The position numbers and the translations under genes were made by a program. Positions 31,480-44,600 of a stretch of 64,000 nt of DNA are shown here, piece after piece. The stretch comes from Prorocentrum cordatum (taxonomy: Eukaryota), in the NCBI GenBank assembly GCA_963575745.1, contig CAUYUJ010000001.1:2542001-2606000 (forward strand), given 5' to 3'. The notes beneath the pieces were generated by a model. That model was not told the DNA's origin and did not search any database. It worked only from the letters and a program-made list of their open reading frames with translations. The first letter of the stretch is position 1, and each line of letters begins with the position of its first letter.

Positions 31480-31880
31480 GGCCGACCTGGCTTGTCCGTG
31501 CTCGGCCGCCTTAGGTGTCTCGTGCTCGACCGACCTGACTTGTTCGACCGCCTTAGGTGTGGCGTGCTGGATCGATCTGACTTGTTCGACCGCCGTAGGT
31601 GTCTCGTGCTGGACCGACTTGACTTGTCCGACCGTTGGACAGCTCCGCTCTCGTGCTCGACCGCTTTGGGTGTCCCGTGCTCGCCCGCCATAGGTGTCTC
31701 GTGCTCGGCCGCCTTACGTGTCTCGTGCTCAACCGCCCTAGGTGTTCCGTTCTGGACCGACCTGACTTGTCTTTGCTCGGTCGCCTTACGAGTCCGGTGC
31801 TCGACCGACCTGGCTTGTTCGACCGCCCTAGGTGTTGCGTGTTCGGCCGACCTGACTTGTCCGCGCTCGGCCGCCCTAGC
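31480..31880. repeat. Degenerate ~21/42-bp minisatellite
   Basis: Recurring GCTCGACCG, GACCTGACTTG and CCTTAGGTGT blocks. Confidence 0.75.
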
Positions 31881-34800
31881 GGAGGAGATGTGAGGAGGAG
31901 GATTTGAGAGGAGTGCGGAGGTGTTCAGAGGAGCGCGGAGGAGTTGAGAGGAGTGCGGAGGAGTGCAGAAGGAGGAGTACAGAAGGATATGAGAGGATGA
32001 GTTGAGAGGAGTGCGGAGGAGTTGAGGGAAGTGCGGAGGAATTGAGAGGAGTGCGGAGGAGTTGACAGGATGGGGTGGGACGAGGAGGAGGCGGACGAGG
32101 AGGAGGAGGAGGACGACGACGACCACGAGTGCGGCGACGAATACAACGAGCACTACCAACACAACGAGTACGACGACGTCGAGTGCGACGACGTCGAGTG
32201 CGACGACGAGTGCGACGAGCACGACGACGAATGCGAAGACGAGTACGACGGCGAGGTACGACGACGAGTACGATGACGAGTAAGACGATAGAGCGGCAAC
32301 GAGTACGACGACGAGTACGACGAGTACGACAACGAGTACGACAAGTACGACGACGATTCGCGACGAGGGTTTAGAACGCAGCATTGCGCATAGATGATAA
32401 TGACAAGCAAACACATAATATTAAAAATCAGTATGTGGGGTTCCTCGGTAGCGTAATTTGGCGGGAGCGGGGGTCTTGATTCAATTGCGAGGAAGTCTTG
32501 ACTCAATGGCGAGGATGTCTCAAGCGGGAGCGCCGTTCCTGAGTAAAGTGTGAGGAAGTCTCAAATGGGAACGAGGGTCCTGACTAAATTGCGAGGAAGT
32601 CCCTGGCGGGAGCACCGATCTTGAGTAAATTGTGAGGAAGTCTCAGGAGCCGGGGTCCTGAGTAAATTTGAAGGAAGTCTCAGGCGGGAACCGTTGTTGT
32701 TGTAATCCGGAGGGGCCTGGGACACAGTTTGAGCAGGAAGACTTTCCCTGTGAAAAAAACGGGTGCTAGCGTCGAGGGGCACACTTTGATTGAGAAAAAC
32801 AATATGCACCGGTGAGGGGGGATCAACAATAATTATTCGTCAGGCATGAAAGTTCAACAACAGCAACACTTTGTTTAATACTGTTCGACCTTACTGGCAC
32901 GCGTGTATTGCATTCTGTATACCCCAACCCTCGATACCCGCCCACTTCGTCTTCGATTGCCCCCCCCTTCGGGGGGAATCTGTTCCGTGTCGGCCACTAC
33001 GTCTCGAGCGTTCCTGAGCTCGGGGGCCTCTCTGGCCAAGGACTCTCGGAATACCGATGGATAAATCGAACGGGAGCCATTGTCGCCGTGTCCGGGCTTC
33101 CACCAACTTGCCTGAAATATTGGAAATTCTCAAACGAGAGCGCCGTTCCTGAGTTCGGGGGCCTTCTTGGCCGGGGGCTCTCGGAGTAAATCGTGAGGGG
33201 GTATCGAACAGGAGCCCTTGTTGTCGTGGCTGGGCCTCCGCCGACCTGGCTGAATCGCGAGGGGGTCTCGAGCGAAAACGCCGTTCCTGAGTTCGGGGGC
33301 CTCTCTGGACAGGGTGTCTCGGGGTAAATTGTGAGAAAATATCGAACGGGAGCCGTTGTTGTCGTAGCTGGGCCTCCAACGGTCCACATTTAGGCTCAAG
33401 CCAGCGCTCGAGCGGGAGCCTCGCTTTCAGAGAAAATGTAGCCGGCATCGAGGCGAGAGCGCGCGGAACCATTTCCGGATATCAGCAATATTAGTTCTTG
33501 AGAAGTATTCAACAACAACAACAACAGCAACAACAACAATAATTTTAAGACGGTCCGCCCTTATATGCTCGAATGCCCCATAACGCGTATTTCCCAAACC
33601 CTCGATACCCGCCCTCTCCGTCTTCGATCGAGCCCCTTTTAGAGGGTATACCTTTCTTCCCTGCAGGCCGGGCCCCGGCAAGCGGCGGGGCGGCCGCGGA
33701 CCGTCGGCCTGGCCAGTGGCAGCGCTGATCGGCAGGGCGGCCGCGGACCGTCGACCCGACCCCAAGACGGACGGACAGGGGACCAACCACGACGACGACG
33801 ACGACGACGACGTCGAAGACGACGGTGACGACGACGACGACGGCGACGACGAGCGAAAGCGAGAGCGAGAGAGAACAACAGCAGGGCCACGAAGGGCACG
33901 AAGTATGCCACGAAGGGCGACAGCGGGGACACGAAGTGATTGCGTATGGGGCCACGAAGAGCGCGAACGAGCGGGGGCCACGAAGTGCAGATAATGCGGG
34001 GCCACAGAAAGCAACTATGGGGCCACTGAGGGTAGCAACTGGGCCTCGTAGGACAGTGAGGGGGACACGAATGGCGACAGCGGGGCCACGAAGGGCATGC
34101 ACATGGGGCCACAACGGGCGCGACTCCTGGGTGCCTGGGTGTCGGGAGCGCGGCGCTTGGGCAAATTGCAAGAAAGTCCAACGCAAGGCCATTCTTCAGT
34201 AAGTTGCGAACAAGTCTCCAGCGAGAGCGCGACTCCAGAGCGCCGGGAAAGCGATTCCTGAGTAAATTGTAAGGAAATCCTCACCGAAAGCGCGATTCCT
34301 GAATCAAATGCGAGGAAGTCTAGGGCGGGAGCGGGGGTCCTGGCTAAATTGTGAGGAACTCTCAAGCGGGAGCCGTTGTTGTTGTAACCCGGGGGCCAAG
34401 GGCCCAGTTTGAGCATGAAGACTTTCCCTGACAAAAAACAGGGTGCGAGCGTCGAGGGGCACACTTTGATTGAGAAAACAATATGCGCCGGTGGGGGGGG
34501 ATCAACAATAATTATTCTTCAGAAGTGAAAACTCAACATCAGCAGCGGCTCCCGCGGGGGACGCTCCTTCAAGTTATGAGGGAATCGCGATCTCGCGTTG
34601 GACTTTCTCGCAATTTATTCAAAAACCGCGCCCTCGACATTTAGGAATCACGCAGTCGCTGCGGATTTCCTTGCGATTTATGTGGGAATCGCGCTATCGC
34701 TGCAGACCTCCTACCAGTTCATGCAAGAGCAAACGCTTCAGCAACCCGCCTGCTCGACCTGGCCGCCGGGGCCCGAGTCCTGGACCCGCCGGTTGGGGTC

Positions 34801-37679
34801 TACACGCCCGATGGTTCTGCAACGTGCTTTCTGCTCCTAGCCCTCCTACTGCTCCCTCTCTCTCATGCTCCATCCTCCTCCCTCTCCCTGGTCCCTTCCT
34901 TCCATCCTTCCTCTCGTCCCCTGCCTTAGAGGCTGTACGATATACACTCTGCAGGTAAGAAGGATAGACCTCTAAATGGGGTACTGCTCAAAACGAAGAG
35001 GTGGGTATCGAAGGTTTGGCATAGACGTGTTGAGGGAATGGCACGCGAACGAATAACATCGATCAATCTTTATTCTGGATTTTGAATGGATCAGCAGGAA
35101 CTGCTGTTGTTCAAGTGATAATTAGTAATTGGGTGATGCTGCTGAATTCTCATTCGGGAAACAACTATTGTTCATCCCTCCCCTGCTCAGTAACCTTTCT
35201 GTTCTTCCAATTCAAGTGCTTATCCCAGGGCTCGCACCCTATTTGTGCAACAAATAAAATGTTACCAAACTGAGCCCTTGGCACCCGAATTACAATAAGA
35301 ACATCAACGGCTCCAGCCTGCTACTTCCGCACAATTGATTCCCAAGTCGCGCTCTCGCGCAAGACCTTCTTGCATTTTTTTTACAAGAATCGCGCTCTCG
35401 CGTGGGCCACCCTCGCTGTTTACTCTGACGCGTCGCCCCCGACACTGAGGAAACATGTTCTCCCTGTGGATATTCCCACGATCTATTTGGGAATTGCGCT
35501 ATTGCTTGGATCTTCTTCGCGATTCATGCAGTACCCACGCTTCAGCAACCCGACTGCTCGACCTGGCCACATGGGCCCGCCTTCCCGACCCGCCCGCGAG
35601 GGCCCACCCGCCCGATATGCCCGTCTGATTCTGCCATGTGCTTTCTGGTCCTAGCCCCCCTCCTGCTATTTCTTGTGTTCCATCCTCCTCCCTCCCCTTT
35701 CGTCCTTTCCATCCACCCTCTCTTCCCCTGCCTTAGGGACTGCACGACATACGCGTTGCAGGTCAGAAGATCTACCCCCAAGGGAGAACGAACAAAGACG
35801 CCGAGGGCGGGTATCGCAGGTTTGGGATATACATGCTGGACGCACGTGAGCAGGTGAGAGCGAACAGTCTTCAAATTACTGTTGCTGTGGAGTTCTCATT
35901 TCTACAACATTATTATTGTTGATCCTCCCTCTCTCCCTGGCCCTGTTTTGTATAAGGGAACACGAAGTGCCACCAAACTGCGCTCACCCGTGGGACTTCA
36001 TCAGACTTTCTGCAGGAATCGCGCTCTCGCGTGGGACTTCCTCACAATTCACTCTGGCGTCGTGCCTCCAACCTTTAGGAATCACGCTGTCACTCTGGCC
36101 TTTCTCACTAACTACTAGGGAATCGCGCTATCGCTCGAGACTTCTTCGCGATTCATGCCCACGCCTCGGCAACCCGCCTGCTCGACCTGGCCACATGGGC
36201 CCGCCTTCCCGACCCGCCCGCTAGGGTCTGCCCGCCCGATCTGCCCGTCCGGTTCTGCCACGTGTTTTCTGGTCCTAGCTCCCCTCCTGCAGATCTCTCT
36301 CGTGTGCCATCCTTCTCCCTCCCCCTCCATCCATCCTCTCCTCCCCTGTTTTAGGGGCTGCGCCAACTACGCGCGGCAGGTAGGGAAAATACACCTCCAA
36401 GGGGGTACGATCGAAGACGAACAGGGTGGGTACCGAGGGTTCGGGATATGCGTGTTGAATCGCAGGTGAGAGCGAACAGTCTTAAAATGATTGTTGCTGT
36501 TGCTGTTGTTGTTTTGGAGCAGTCCTAAAATGATTGTTGTTGTTGATCCCCTCTGCCAGGTAACCATTGCATGTTGCAAATTAACATGCTTCTCCTGACG
36601 CTCGCGCTGTATTCTTTTACAAAGGAAGACGGACTGTCACCAAACTGCGCCCCCTGACCCAAGAATTACAGCAGCAGCGGCTCCCGCCAGATACTGCCTC
36701 ACAGTGGATTTCAAATATGCGCTCTCGCGTGTGACTTCCTCGCAATGTATTCGGGCGTCGCGCCTCCAATCCTTAGGAATCACGCTGTCACTCTGGCCAT
36801 TCGCACGAACTACTGAGGAATCGCGCTCTCGCTCGAGACTTCATCGCGATTCATGCAGGACGCACGCTTCAGCAACCTGCCTGCCCTTGGCCCCTCCTTC
36901 CATCCGCCCTCTCTTCCCCTGCCTTAGGGGCTGTACGAAATACACGTTGCAAGAAAGACAAACATGCCCGTCACGGGGTACGGTCAACACGGAGAGGGCA
37001 CGTATCGAGAGTTTGGAATATACGTGCTGAGTGGCATGCGAGCAGATAAGAACGACCAAACTTACAAGTTTTGGTTGTTGATGTTGACTCTCACTGCTGC
37101 AAGATAATTGTTGTTGATCCCCCCTCCAGTAACATATGTGTTTGTTTCAATTGAAGTGCCCCTCTGGAAGCTGGAACCCTGTTTAAAAAACAACAACAAG
37201 GAAAATATGCCACGTCAAACTGTGCCCCTGGCCCCCAGTTTACAACAACGCCAGCAGCAACAATAATCATTTTAGGACTGTTCGCTCTTACTGGCACGCG
37301 TGTCTTGCACTCAGTAAATCCCAACCCTCGATACCCGCCCACTTCGTCTTCGATTGCCCCCCCCCTTCGGGGGAAATCTCTTCCTTGTCGGCCACTGATT
37401 GGAGTGCGAAGATATCTCGAACAAGAGCGCCGTTCCTGAGATCGGGGGCCTCTCTGGCCAAGTGCTCTCGGAATACCAATGGAGATATATCGAACGGGAA
37501 CCCTTGTCGCCGTGTCTGGGCCTCCAAACTTGCCTGAATTACGAAACTTTCTCGAGCGAGAGCGCCGTTCCTAAGTTCGGGGGCCTTCTTGGCCAGGGGC
37601 TCTCGGAGTAAATCGTGAGGAAGCATCGAGCAGGAGCCCTTGCCGTCGTGGCTGGGCCTCCGCCAACTTGATTGAATTA

Positions 37680-38470
37680 GTGGCCCCGTAGGGAGCTTCA
37701 CCGAACGCCCCAGAGGCAAAGTCCACATGCAGCTCTCCGACCGCCGCGCGTCCATTTCGGGCCCCCCCGCCCGCCGCATGTAAATTTCGGCACACCGCTC
37801 ACGCGTTTCGTGGCCCCATAAGGATGCGGCCCCCCGCCCACCACATGCCCATTTCGGCACACCCCTCACACGGTTCGGGGCCCCAAGGGGAGCTCCACCA
37901 AAGGCCTCCATGGCAGGGTTCGCATGCAGCTCTCCGCCCACAGCATGTCGATTTCGGCACGCCCCTCGCACGGCTCGTGGCGCCGCAGGGAGCCTCACCG
38001 AAGGACCTGGTTGCAAGGTTCGCATGCTGCCCCCTGCACACCGCATGTCCACTCCGGCGCACCTCTCACACGTTTCGGAGCCCTGTAGGGAGCCCCACCG
38101 AGGGACCCAGTGGCAAGGTTCGCTTGCTGCTCCCCGCCCACCGCATGTCCATTTTGGCACACCCTCACACAGATCGTGGCCCCGTAGGGAGCTCGCCCGA
38201 GGGCCCCAGTGGCAGGGTTCGCGCGCAGCCCCCACCCCACGTCCATTCTGGCACACCTCCTACAAGTTTCGTGGCCCCATGGGGAGCTCCACTGAAGGCC
38301 CCTGTGGCAAGGTTCGCATGCGGCCCCGCTCACGGCACACCCCTCACACGTTTCGTGGCCCCATGGGAAGCTCCACCGAATGCCCCAGTGGCAGGATTCG
38401 CACGTGCCACCCACGCAAACTGCTTGTCCATTTCGGCACACCCATCACACGGTTCGTGGCACCATAGGGG
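37680..38470. repeat. Degenerate ~100-bp tandem repeat (~8 copies)
   Basis: ATTTCGGCACACCCCTCACACG...GTGGCCCC...GGAGCTCCACCGAA...GCAGGGTTCGC recurs. Confidence 0.8.
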
Positions 38471-39552
38471 CCTCCCTTTCTTCGTCTCACTTGCCTCGCC
38501 GTGCTCACACCTGCATATCGTTGGGTTCTTCGCTAGGATCAGTGGATCAGTTCTTCGGGTTTTCCGGGCGTCCGAGATCGCCCAGGAGGCCAGGAACTCG
38601 CCCCCCCCCAAAGGGCTTCCAGGCAGTCCAAGAAAGCACCCAAACGGCCCATCAGGGCCCGAAGATGGCCCGAAGAAAACCCCATGACGGCCCCAGATGG
38701 CCCTACGACGCCCCCCGAATCATTCCAAATCGCGACCCGTTCAGGGAGTCCGCGGTTGGAAGCAGGGTGGACCGAAGTACCCGAGGCCCCCAGAAGGAAC
38801 CCAGGAGGCCTCCAGAAGGGGACCCAAGAAGCCCTTAACTACTTTGGTGAGGCCCACAAGAAGCTCTCCAAGGAGGAGCATCCGCAAAAAGAGCTAAGGA
38901 GGATTGGGACGAATACGCAGGTTAGGGCGAGCGTGAGCAAAAGGAAGAGGAAGCATGAGGAAAGGATGATTAAACACATGATTACAACGACGATGTCGAA
39001 CAGCAAACAGCAGAGAAATATCGCTACATTATCCGTTTTGCCTTGTCACCCTCCCGCCTGCATGACAAACCTCAATGACCAAGGTGCATGGCGCGAAGCG
39101 CCAATGCAGTCTTATAAATCTATGTATATACATAGAGATATAACGCAATGCGTACACAAGGAGCCGTGAGGACAAGAAGCAACTTTTGCGCTGCCAGTGA
39201 CTGTGGAAACCCTGCCAGGGAGTTTGTGCTCCTGTGACGAGGCGGGGATGCTTCCCTTGGGCTCGCCGGGTCATCCCAGTAACTCGCCCTAGGAGGTGGG
39301 CGGGCACGTGCTCTATACCCCCCTGGAGGGCTCGGCTCTGGGGCCAGCCCTTCGGAAGCTCTGGAGCTCTTGCTCTGGCAGGCTTCCTGATGGAAACAAC
39401 TGGTGAGAGCAGAAGCGATGGACAAAGAGACGCAACACACACACACACACACACACATACAGGCACTGCCTCTTGTTGTGTAGTGCCTCTTGCTATTCTT
39501 CTACCTATGTACACTTTGATGCATCTGTGTTTCCAAGGCTCCGCGGCTGGGG

Positions 39553-40431
39553 TCACGCCGCCGCTCCGGATGCCTCGGCCTCCGTGGCCTCGGGCGCTGG
39601 CGCCGCGTCCCCTCCGGGGCCCTCGGCGGCGAGAGCGCCGCCGGCGGCGCGCCCTGGCCGGCCAGGGAGCCCAGCTGCCGGCAGGCGGCCGGAGGCGGCC
39701 GCGGAGCGGAGCACGGCGCGCAGCCTGCTGCCGTGGGCCCGCGCCGCGCCGCCGCCGAGCAGCTCCTGCAGCAGAAGCGCCGCCGCGGAGGGCGCGCCCG
39801 CGAGCCACCGCCGCTCCGCCGCGGCCAGCCGCCGCTCCGCCTCCTCGCGCGGGAGCGCCTCCTCCCGCAGCTTCGTGAGCACCAGGCCGAGGAAGCGGGC
39901 GGCCGGCCGAGGGCGCGGGCGCGCCGCGGGGCCCGGCGCCTCCCCCCCCTCCGCCCTCGGCTCCTCCAGCCCCTGCGGCCCGAGCGGCGCCTGGGGTGCC
40001 GCTGGGGCTGCCGGGGCCGTGCGGCCCAGCGGCCCCTGGCCTTGAGCTGGCGCCGCCCCGTCGGGGCTGAAGCTCCAGCCCAGGTGCGCGTCGCAGAGCC
40101 GGCAGTGCGCCATCGACCAGGAGAAGCCCGGGAACCAGGAATGCTCCTGCGTGGGCTCGCCGCTGCAGCGTATGCTCGGCCCAAGAGCGCTGGGGAGCAC
40201 CCGGACGACGTCGAACCGGTGGTCGTGGGCGTTGGTCGCGGAGTAGCACCATGTACTCTCCCGGCCGAGCACGCCCAGCTCGTAGGCCCACGTGACCTTC
40301 TGCCAGGACGCGAACTTCTCCTCGATGAGCTCCGCGGCGGTCGCCAGCGGCAATGCACACTGCCGGCACGCCAACCACTGCTCGGCCTCCCCGCCGGGCG
40401 GCGCCTGCGTACCCCCGGCGGACGCGGCCAT
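39553..40431 (-). CDS. Stand-alone CULT-domain (cereblon thalidomide-binding-like) protein, 292 aa, intronless retrogene
   Basis: LACRQC...TNAHDHRF...EHSWFPGFSWSMAHCRLCDAHLGWSF...FLGL matches the cereblon CULT signature (EHSWFPGYAW..C..C..HIGW.F), with 4 Zn cysteines and the tri-Trp cage. CCATGG start; SL relic ~70 nt upstream. Confidence 0.92.
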   Translation of the reverse strand: MAASAGGTQAPPGGEAEQWLACRQCALPLATAAELIEEKFASWQKVTWAYELGVLGRESTWCYSATNAHDHRFDVVRVLPSALGPSIRCSGEPTQEHSWFPGFSWSMAHCRLCDAHLGWSFSPDGAAPAQGQGPLGRTAPAAPAAPQAPLGPQGLEEPRAEGGEAPGPAARPRPRPAARFLGLVLTKLREEALPREEAERRLAAAERRWLAGAPSAAALLLQELLGGGAARAHGSRLRAVLRSAAASGRLPAAGLPGRPGRAAGGALAAEGPGGDAAPAPEATEAEASGAAA

Positions 40432-40499
40432 GGGCCGTCGGTCTCCCGCTGTGCGAACGCCGACGCCGACGCCGCCGACTCCGACTCCCGCGCGAGGGC

Positions 40500-40521
40500 C
40501 TTGAGCCAATATGGCTACGGA
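40500..40521 (-). other. Dinoflagellate spliced-leader relic
   Basis: TCCGTAGCCATATTGGCTCAAG matches DCCGTAGCCATTTTGGCTCAAG at 21/22. Confidence 0.95.
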
Positions 40522-41029
40522 GAGGGGGAGCGGGGAGGACGGGAGGGGAGGACGTGAGAAGGAGGGAGGGGCCAGAGTAGAGCATGAGGGGAGCGAAGGA
40601 GCGGACAACACTCAACGCAAAGCACAGGCAGGGGCGAAGCAGATGAAACATGACGAGAGCCAAGGGAATCGCAAACGGTCAAACGCAGCGGCAGAAGCAG
40701 ACAACGCAACACACGACGAAGGAGGCGGGGGAGGAGAGGAGGGCAAGACAGACGGCAACAAAAAGAAAGCACGCGAGTAAATATAACCAGAAAATCAACA
40801 AACCTGTCAAGCAAAACTCTGCTTTGGAAAGGACCCGTCCCCCGTCAGTGTAACTGTCGCACACCCGCCACCGTGCCCCCTGGCACGTTGAGGCGTGCTA
40901 GAATGCCAAGTGCTGTCTGGCAAGGTTTCTGTATCTTCTAAAGGCCTCCCCCCCTCCCGGGTCGCGTAGAATGCGTGCATCGCCCCCTCTTCCAGAGGCT
41001 CTGTCGGCGCCCAGACACGTTCCTGGCGC

Positions 41030-41640
41030 TCTCCAAGGCGTTCAAGATGCCCAAAATGGCTTCCAAGACGGACATCCACAGCCGCCAAGAGGCCCAAGAT
41101 GCCTCCTTCAAGACGGCCGAAGATGGCTCCCAGATGACCCAAGATGGCCTCGGGACGGCACCAGCGGCCTCCAAGACGGGCCAAGAGTGCTCCAAGAGAG
41201 CCTCCAGCAAGGCCCGAAGAGGCCAAACTCGTCGATTTCCCGTATGGTTTTGAATATTTTCACATCCTCGCCTTTTCGAGCTTCCGTCGGCTCCAGACGG
41301 CCCAAGAGACATCCAAGATGGCCCGACGACGGCCCAAGGGAGCCTCAATATAGCCCAAGAGGTCTCCAAGACGGCCTTCAGACAGCTCAAGACAGCTCCT
41401 GGACAGAAAAGGGCGGTCTCAAGAAAGCTTGAAAATTGCCCTAAAGGCCTTCAAGAGGGACATAAGACGGCCTAAGAGGACCTCTGAACGGCCCAAGACG
41501 GCCCCTTGATAGCCCAAAGAGACTCCCAAGGCGGTCACGAAGGCCCCAAGAGAGCCCAAGAAAACCCAAGAGAGCCTCAAGACGGCCGAAGAGGGTCCCA
41601 AAGGAATCCCAACATGGCCTCTCAAGAGCTCAGGACAAAC
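41030..41640. repeat. GGCCCAAGA-type degenerate simple repeat
   Basis: Same family as 57950-62900. Confidence 0.8.
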
Positions 41641-44600
41641 CACTGACGCCAAATAAACGCCACTGGTCACAAAAGCTCACGGGTCACAACACGTTGAAAG
41701 ACAGCCCAAGGAACCCCGAAAGAGGCTCCACACATCTTTTCAAATGGACCGACATGTCACACATGACAGGCACCCGTGCCCTGTCGAAAGGTCGACACCC
41801 AACAAGTTGGGCTGGCCCGGTGGCGGGATTTGCCGCAGGCAGCTGGATATTTACACGCACGGTCATAATGTTTGGCACAAGTCTAAGCGAGAGCGCCGTT
41901 TGGGGGGAAACAACATCCTGCATCCTTACAGCTGTGGGCAACTTCTATGACGAATGTGCACGGTGCAGAGGCGAGATCCATATTTTGAATTTCACACGAC
42001 CTCCATCCATGTAGACGTTGAAACATTGTTCGACGCATGCGCGCCACGCTACTACGAGAGAAATATGTTGAACACCACCCGTCTTCTATCTTTCTATGTG
42101 TCGGATTGTTTTACGACGCTCAAGCGATAGCCACACATTGAACACGATTCGCCGTCCGTCCTTGTCACTGCTGACATCCTTCAAACCGACTGCGCGCGGT
42201 GCTCAAGCGAGAACAACATTGTGGATGCGTTTCCCCTCACATGATTAGCCCCTGAAAGCTATGGTGGTGGATATGCGCGGCGCTCAGGCGACAACCACCC
42301 TTGAAAGCCGACCACGTAGCCGTTGGAAATGTCAAGCTTCATGATCACAAATGACATCGCAGGCGAAACGCTCGGCCCGACCTGTGGGAAGGAGGAGGGA
42401 GAGCTCGACTCCAAAATCCACTCTGAAGGACCTACCTGGATCCCTCCCCAGGTCATCCTCGATGTATAGATGTCTGACTGTCCCCACATGCCTGAATCGA
42501 GGATTACTTTTTCTGTTCCAAAGCAAGCGCTCCCGTTCGGGTTGCTATACATCAACACGTTACGCAGGCGCACAAACTTTCAATAGACAAATCGTGGCCG
42601 CTGTGATGCCAACCATTTCCAATGGTGCTGCTGCTGTACGCCTGGATAGACCGCGTGGTCCGGGATGTCCTACGACCTGTATGCCATGACCCCCATCCGA
42701 CACCTGGTGAAAGACATCTGACGAACAATCACTGCTTCGCCACAACTACTCCCAACTCTTCCTGGGCAACTTAGTCCGTTGCATTGCCGGCTGGTGACTT
42801 TGTTTTACTTGATATTTGACAAGGAAGCCTGCATCCGTGTTCCGCTCCCTCGGCCTCCAATCCACAAGGTATACATATCAGCCGTTAGGTCCAATAGGCC
42901 CCAGTGTGGCATTAGCTGGTCCCGCCACTGACACATTGCCCCCACAAAAAAAACTCTAATTGAACCTTGTTCGACGCGTGATGGTAAGAAAGCACATCCT
43001 GGTCCAAGGCGGATGACATAGGGAATGCGTCCACTTGTTTTTCGCAGATCAAGTGTTCGGAGAGGGGGGACGGACAGGGAACTCGCAAAAGAAACTCTTC
43101 TAGACTCTCTGGTATAGTTGGGTTCAAACGTGATTAGACAATCTCCCTGCCCCGACGGGCCCAAAAAACAAAGCCGGTTCAAGGAAAACCCTTCACCCTT
43201 CCTCGGGGGCGTCCAAAGAGGGGGGCTCCCAAACCATGGCCCGACGAACGTGCGCGGCCCATGGGGGGTGCCAAGTGTGACGTGCTAAGTGAGCCAGGGC
43301 GAGGGGGCCATGATATGCACCCCTTCCCTGGCCATCGCCTTCCTCTTTAGGAGGCAACTATTGGGAGGTCTTCGTCGGAAGGGTTGAAGAGGATTGAACC
43401 CCTTTGGGGGGCTCTTAGGCCAGAAAGGCCGCATATCAAGCGGGATTGAGCGGGATTGCGCCGGATTGAGCCGGATTTCGGACCAGGGCAAAATACGAAT
43501 TTGACCTCACAGGAGTTGCATCCGAACCCTCCTCCTCCTCCTCCTCCGCTTCCTTCTCCTCCTCCTGCTCCTCATCCTGCTCCTCCTCCTCCTCCTCCTC
43601 CTCCTCCTCCTCCTCCCCCTCCTCCCCCTCCTCCTCCCCCTCCTCCTCCAGGCACCAGGTGCCGTCCGGGTCCGCCGGCGGGGCCCCCGGGCGCCGCGGC
43701 CGTGTCCTGGCGGCCGCCTCCGCGGCCTGGGAGTCCCTGGCCAGCTTGGCGACGAAGACCCTGTTGGTGGCCTGGGCGCTCTCTGGCGGCCCTCCTCGCC
43801 GCCGCCTTCTGTTTTTGTTCCTTCTCCTGCTCCTCCTCATCTTTTTCCTCCTCCTCCTCGTGCTTGTTGTTCTCCTCCTCCTCCTCCTCCTCCTCCTCCT
43901 CCTCCTCCTCCTCCTCCTCCTCCTCCGCGTCCTCCTCCTCGTCCTCCAAACTGATCGAGGTCTGAAGTGCCTGCATGTTTTCAGGGTCCTGTTTCGGCCT
44001 CCCGGGTCGCCCTCGTGGCCGCGGGTGGGTCCGCATCGAAAGCTCTCGGCAGGGACGCGCACCGGGACAAGGGGGCATGTTATGGCGCCGAAGGCGATCT
44101 CGACGCTGACACGGCGATCTTGATTCGCATCGACTAACCGAGTGCGGGCGATAATAAAAGTCGCCCCCCCCCCCCCCCCCTGAACACCCCGAATGCTTTT
44201 AACCTCCGGCCACAGGGATTTATGTGTGGGGAAAGCGCGGAGGCCGAACGTTATAATCCACTGGAAAATGGCGGGGATCGAAGTTGCTATCATATCAGGT
44301 TGATGAGCAACAACCTCAAAAACGCTGAGCATTGCCATGGTGGTCTCACCACACCAGCTTGCGATCACGAGCGTGTGGCAGGGCTGTGGAACTCTCACCA
44401 CTTCAATTTGCCCGCGTTACGACCGTGCTGCAGGGCCATGGGATTCTCATTTTCTTAGCCGTTCCCGAGACAGGAACGTGTGGCAGGGCCATAGGGACCG
44501 ATTGGATTTGGATTGTGCATGCGTTTTTCGAGCAGGAAGAGCACTGGAGTTAGTTAGTTAGTTCAATGAATTACTTCTTTAGCGCACCCCTCACACTGTT

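Larger units (their letters stand above)
25770..37670. repeat. Cluster of a modular dispersed repeat family in both orientations
   Basis: Anchor CCCTCGATACCCGCCC(T/A)CTTCGTCTTCGAT on + at ~25850, 26595, 27185, 28725, 32930, 33600, 37325 and on - at ~35000, 35800, 36420, 37000 (also ~19350). ~26540-27690 is duplicated at ~32875-34115. Interrupted by other repeats. Confidence 0.8.

Noticed and set aside
39029..40663. Alternative-frame and antisense ORFs over the CULT gene, and its upstream in-frame extension to 40611
   Set aside because: These are GC-rich shadows; the extension crosses the SL relic, so the ATG at 40431 is the likely start.
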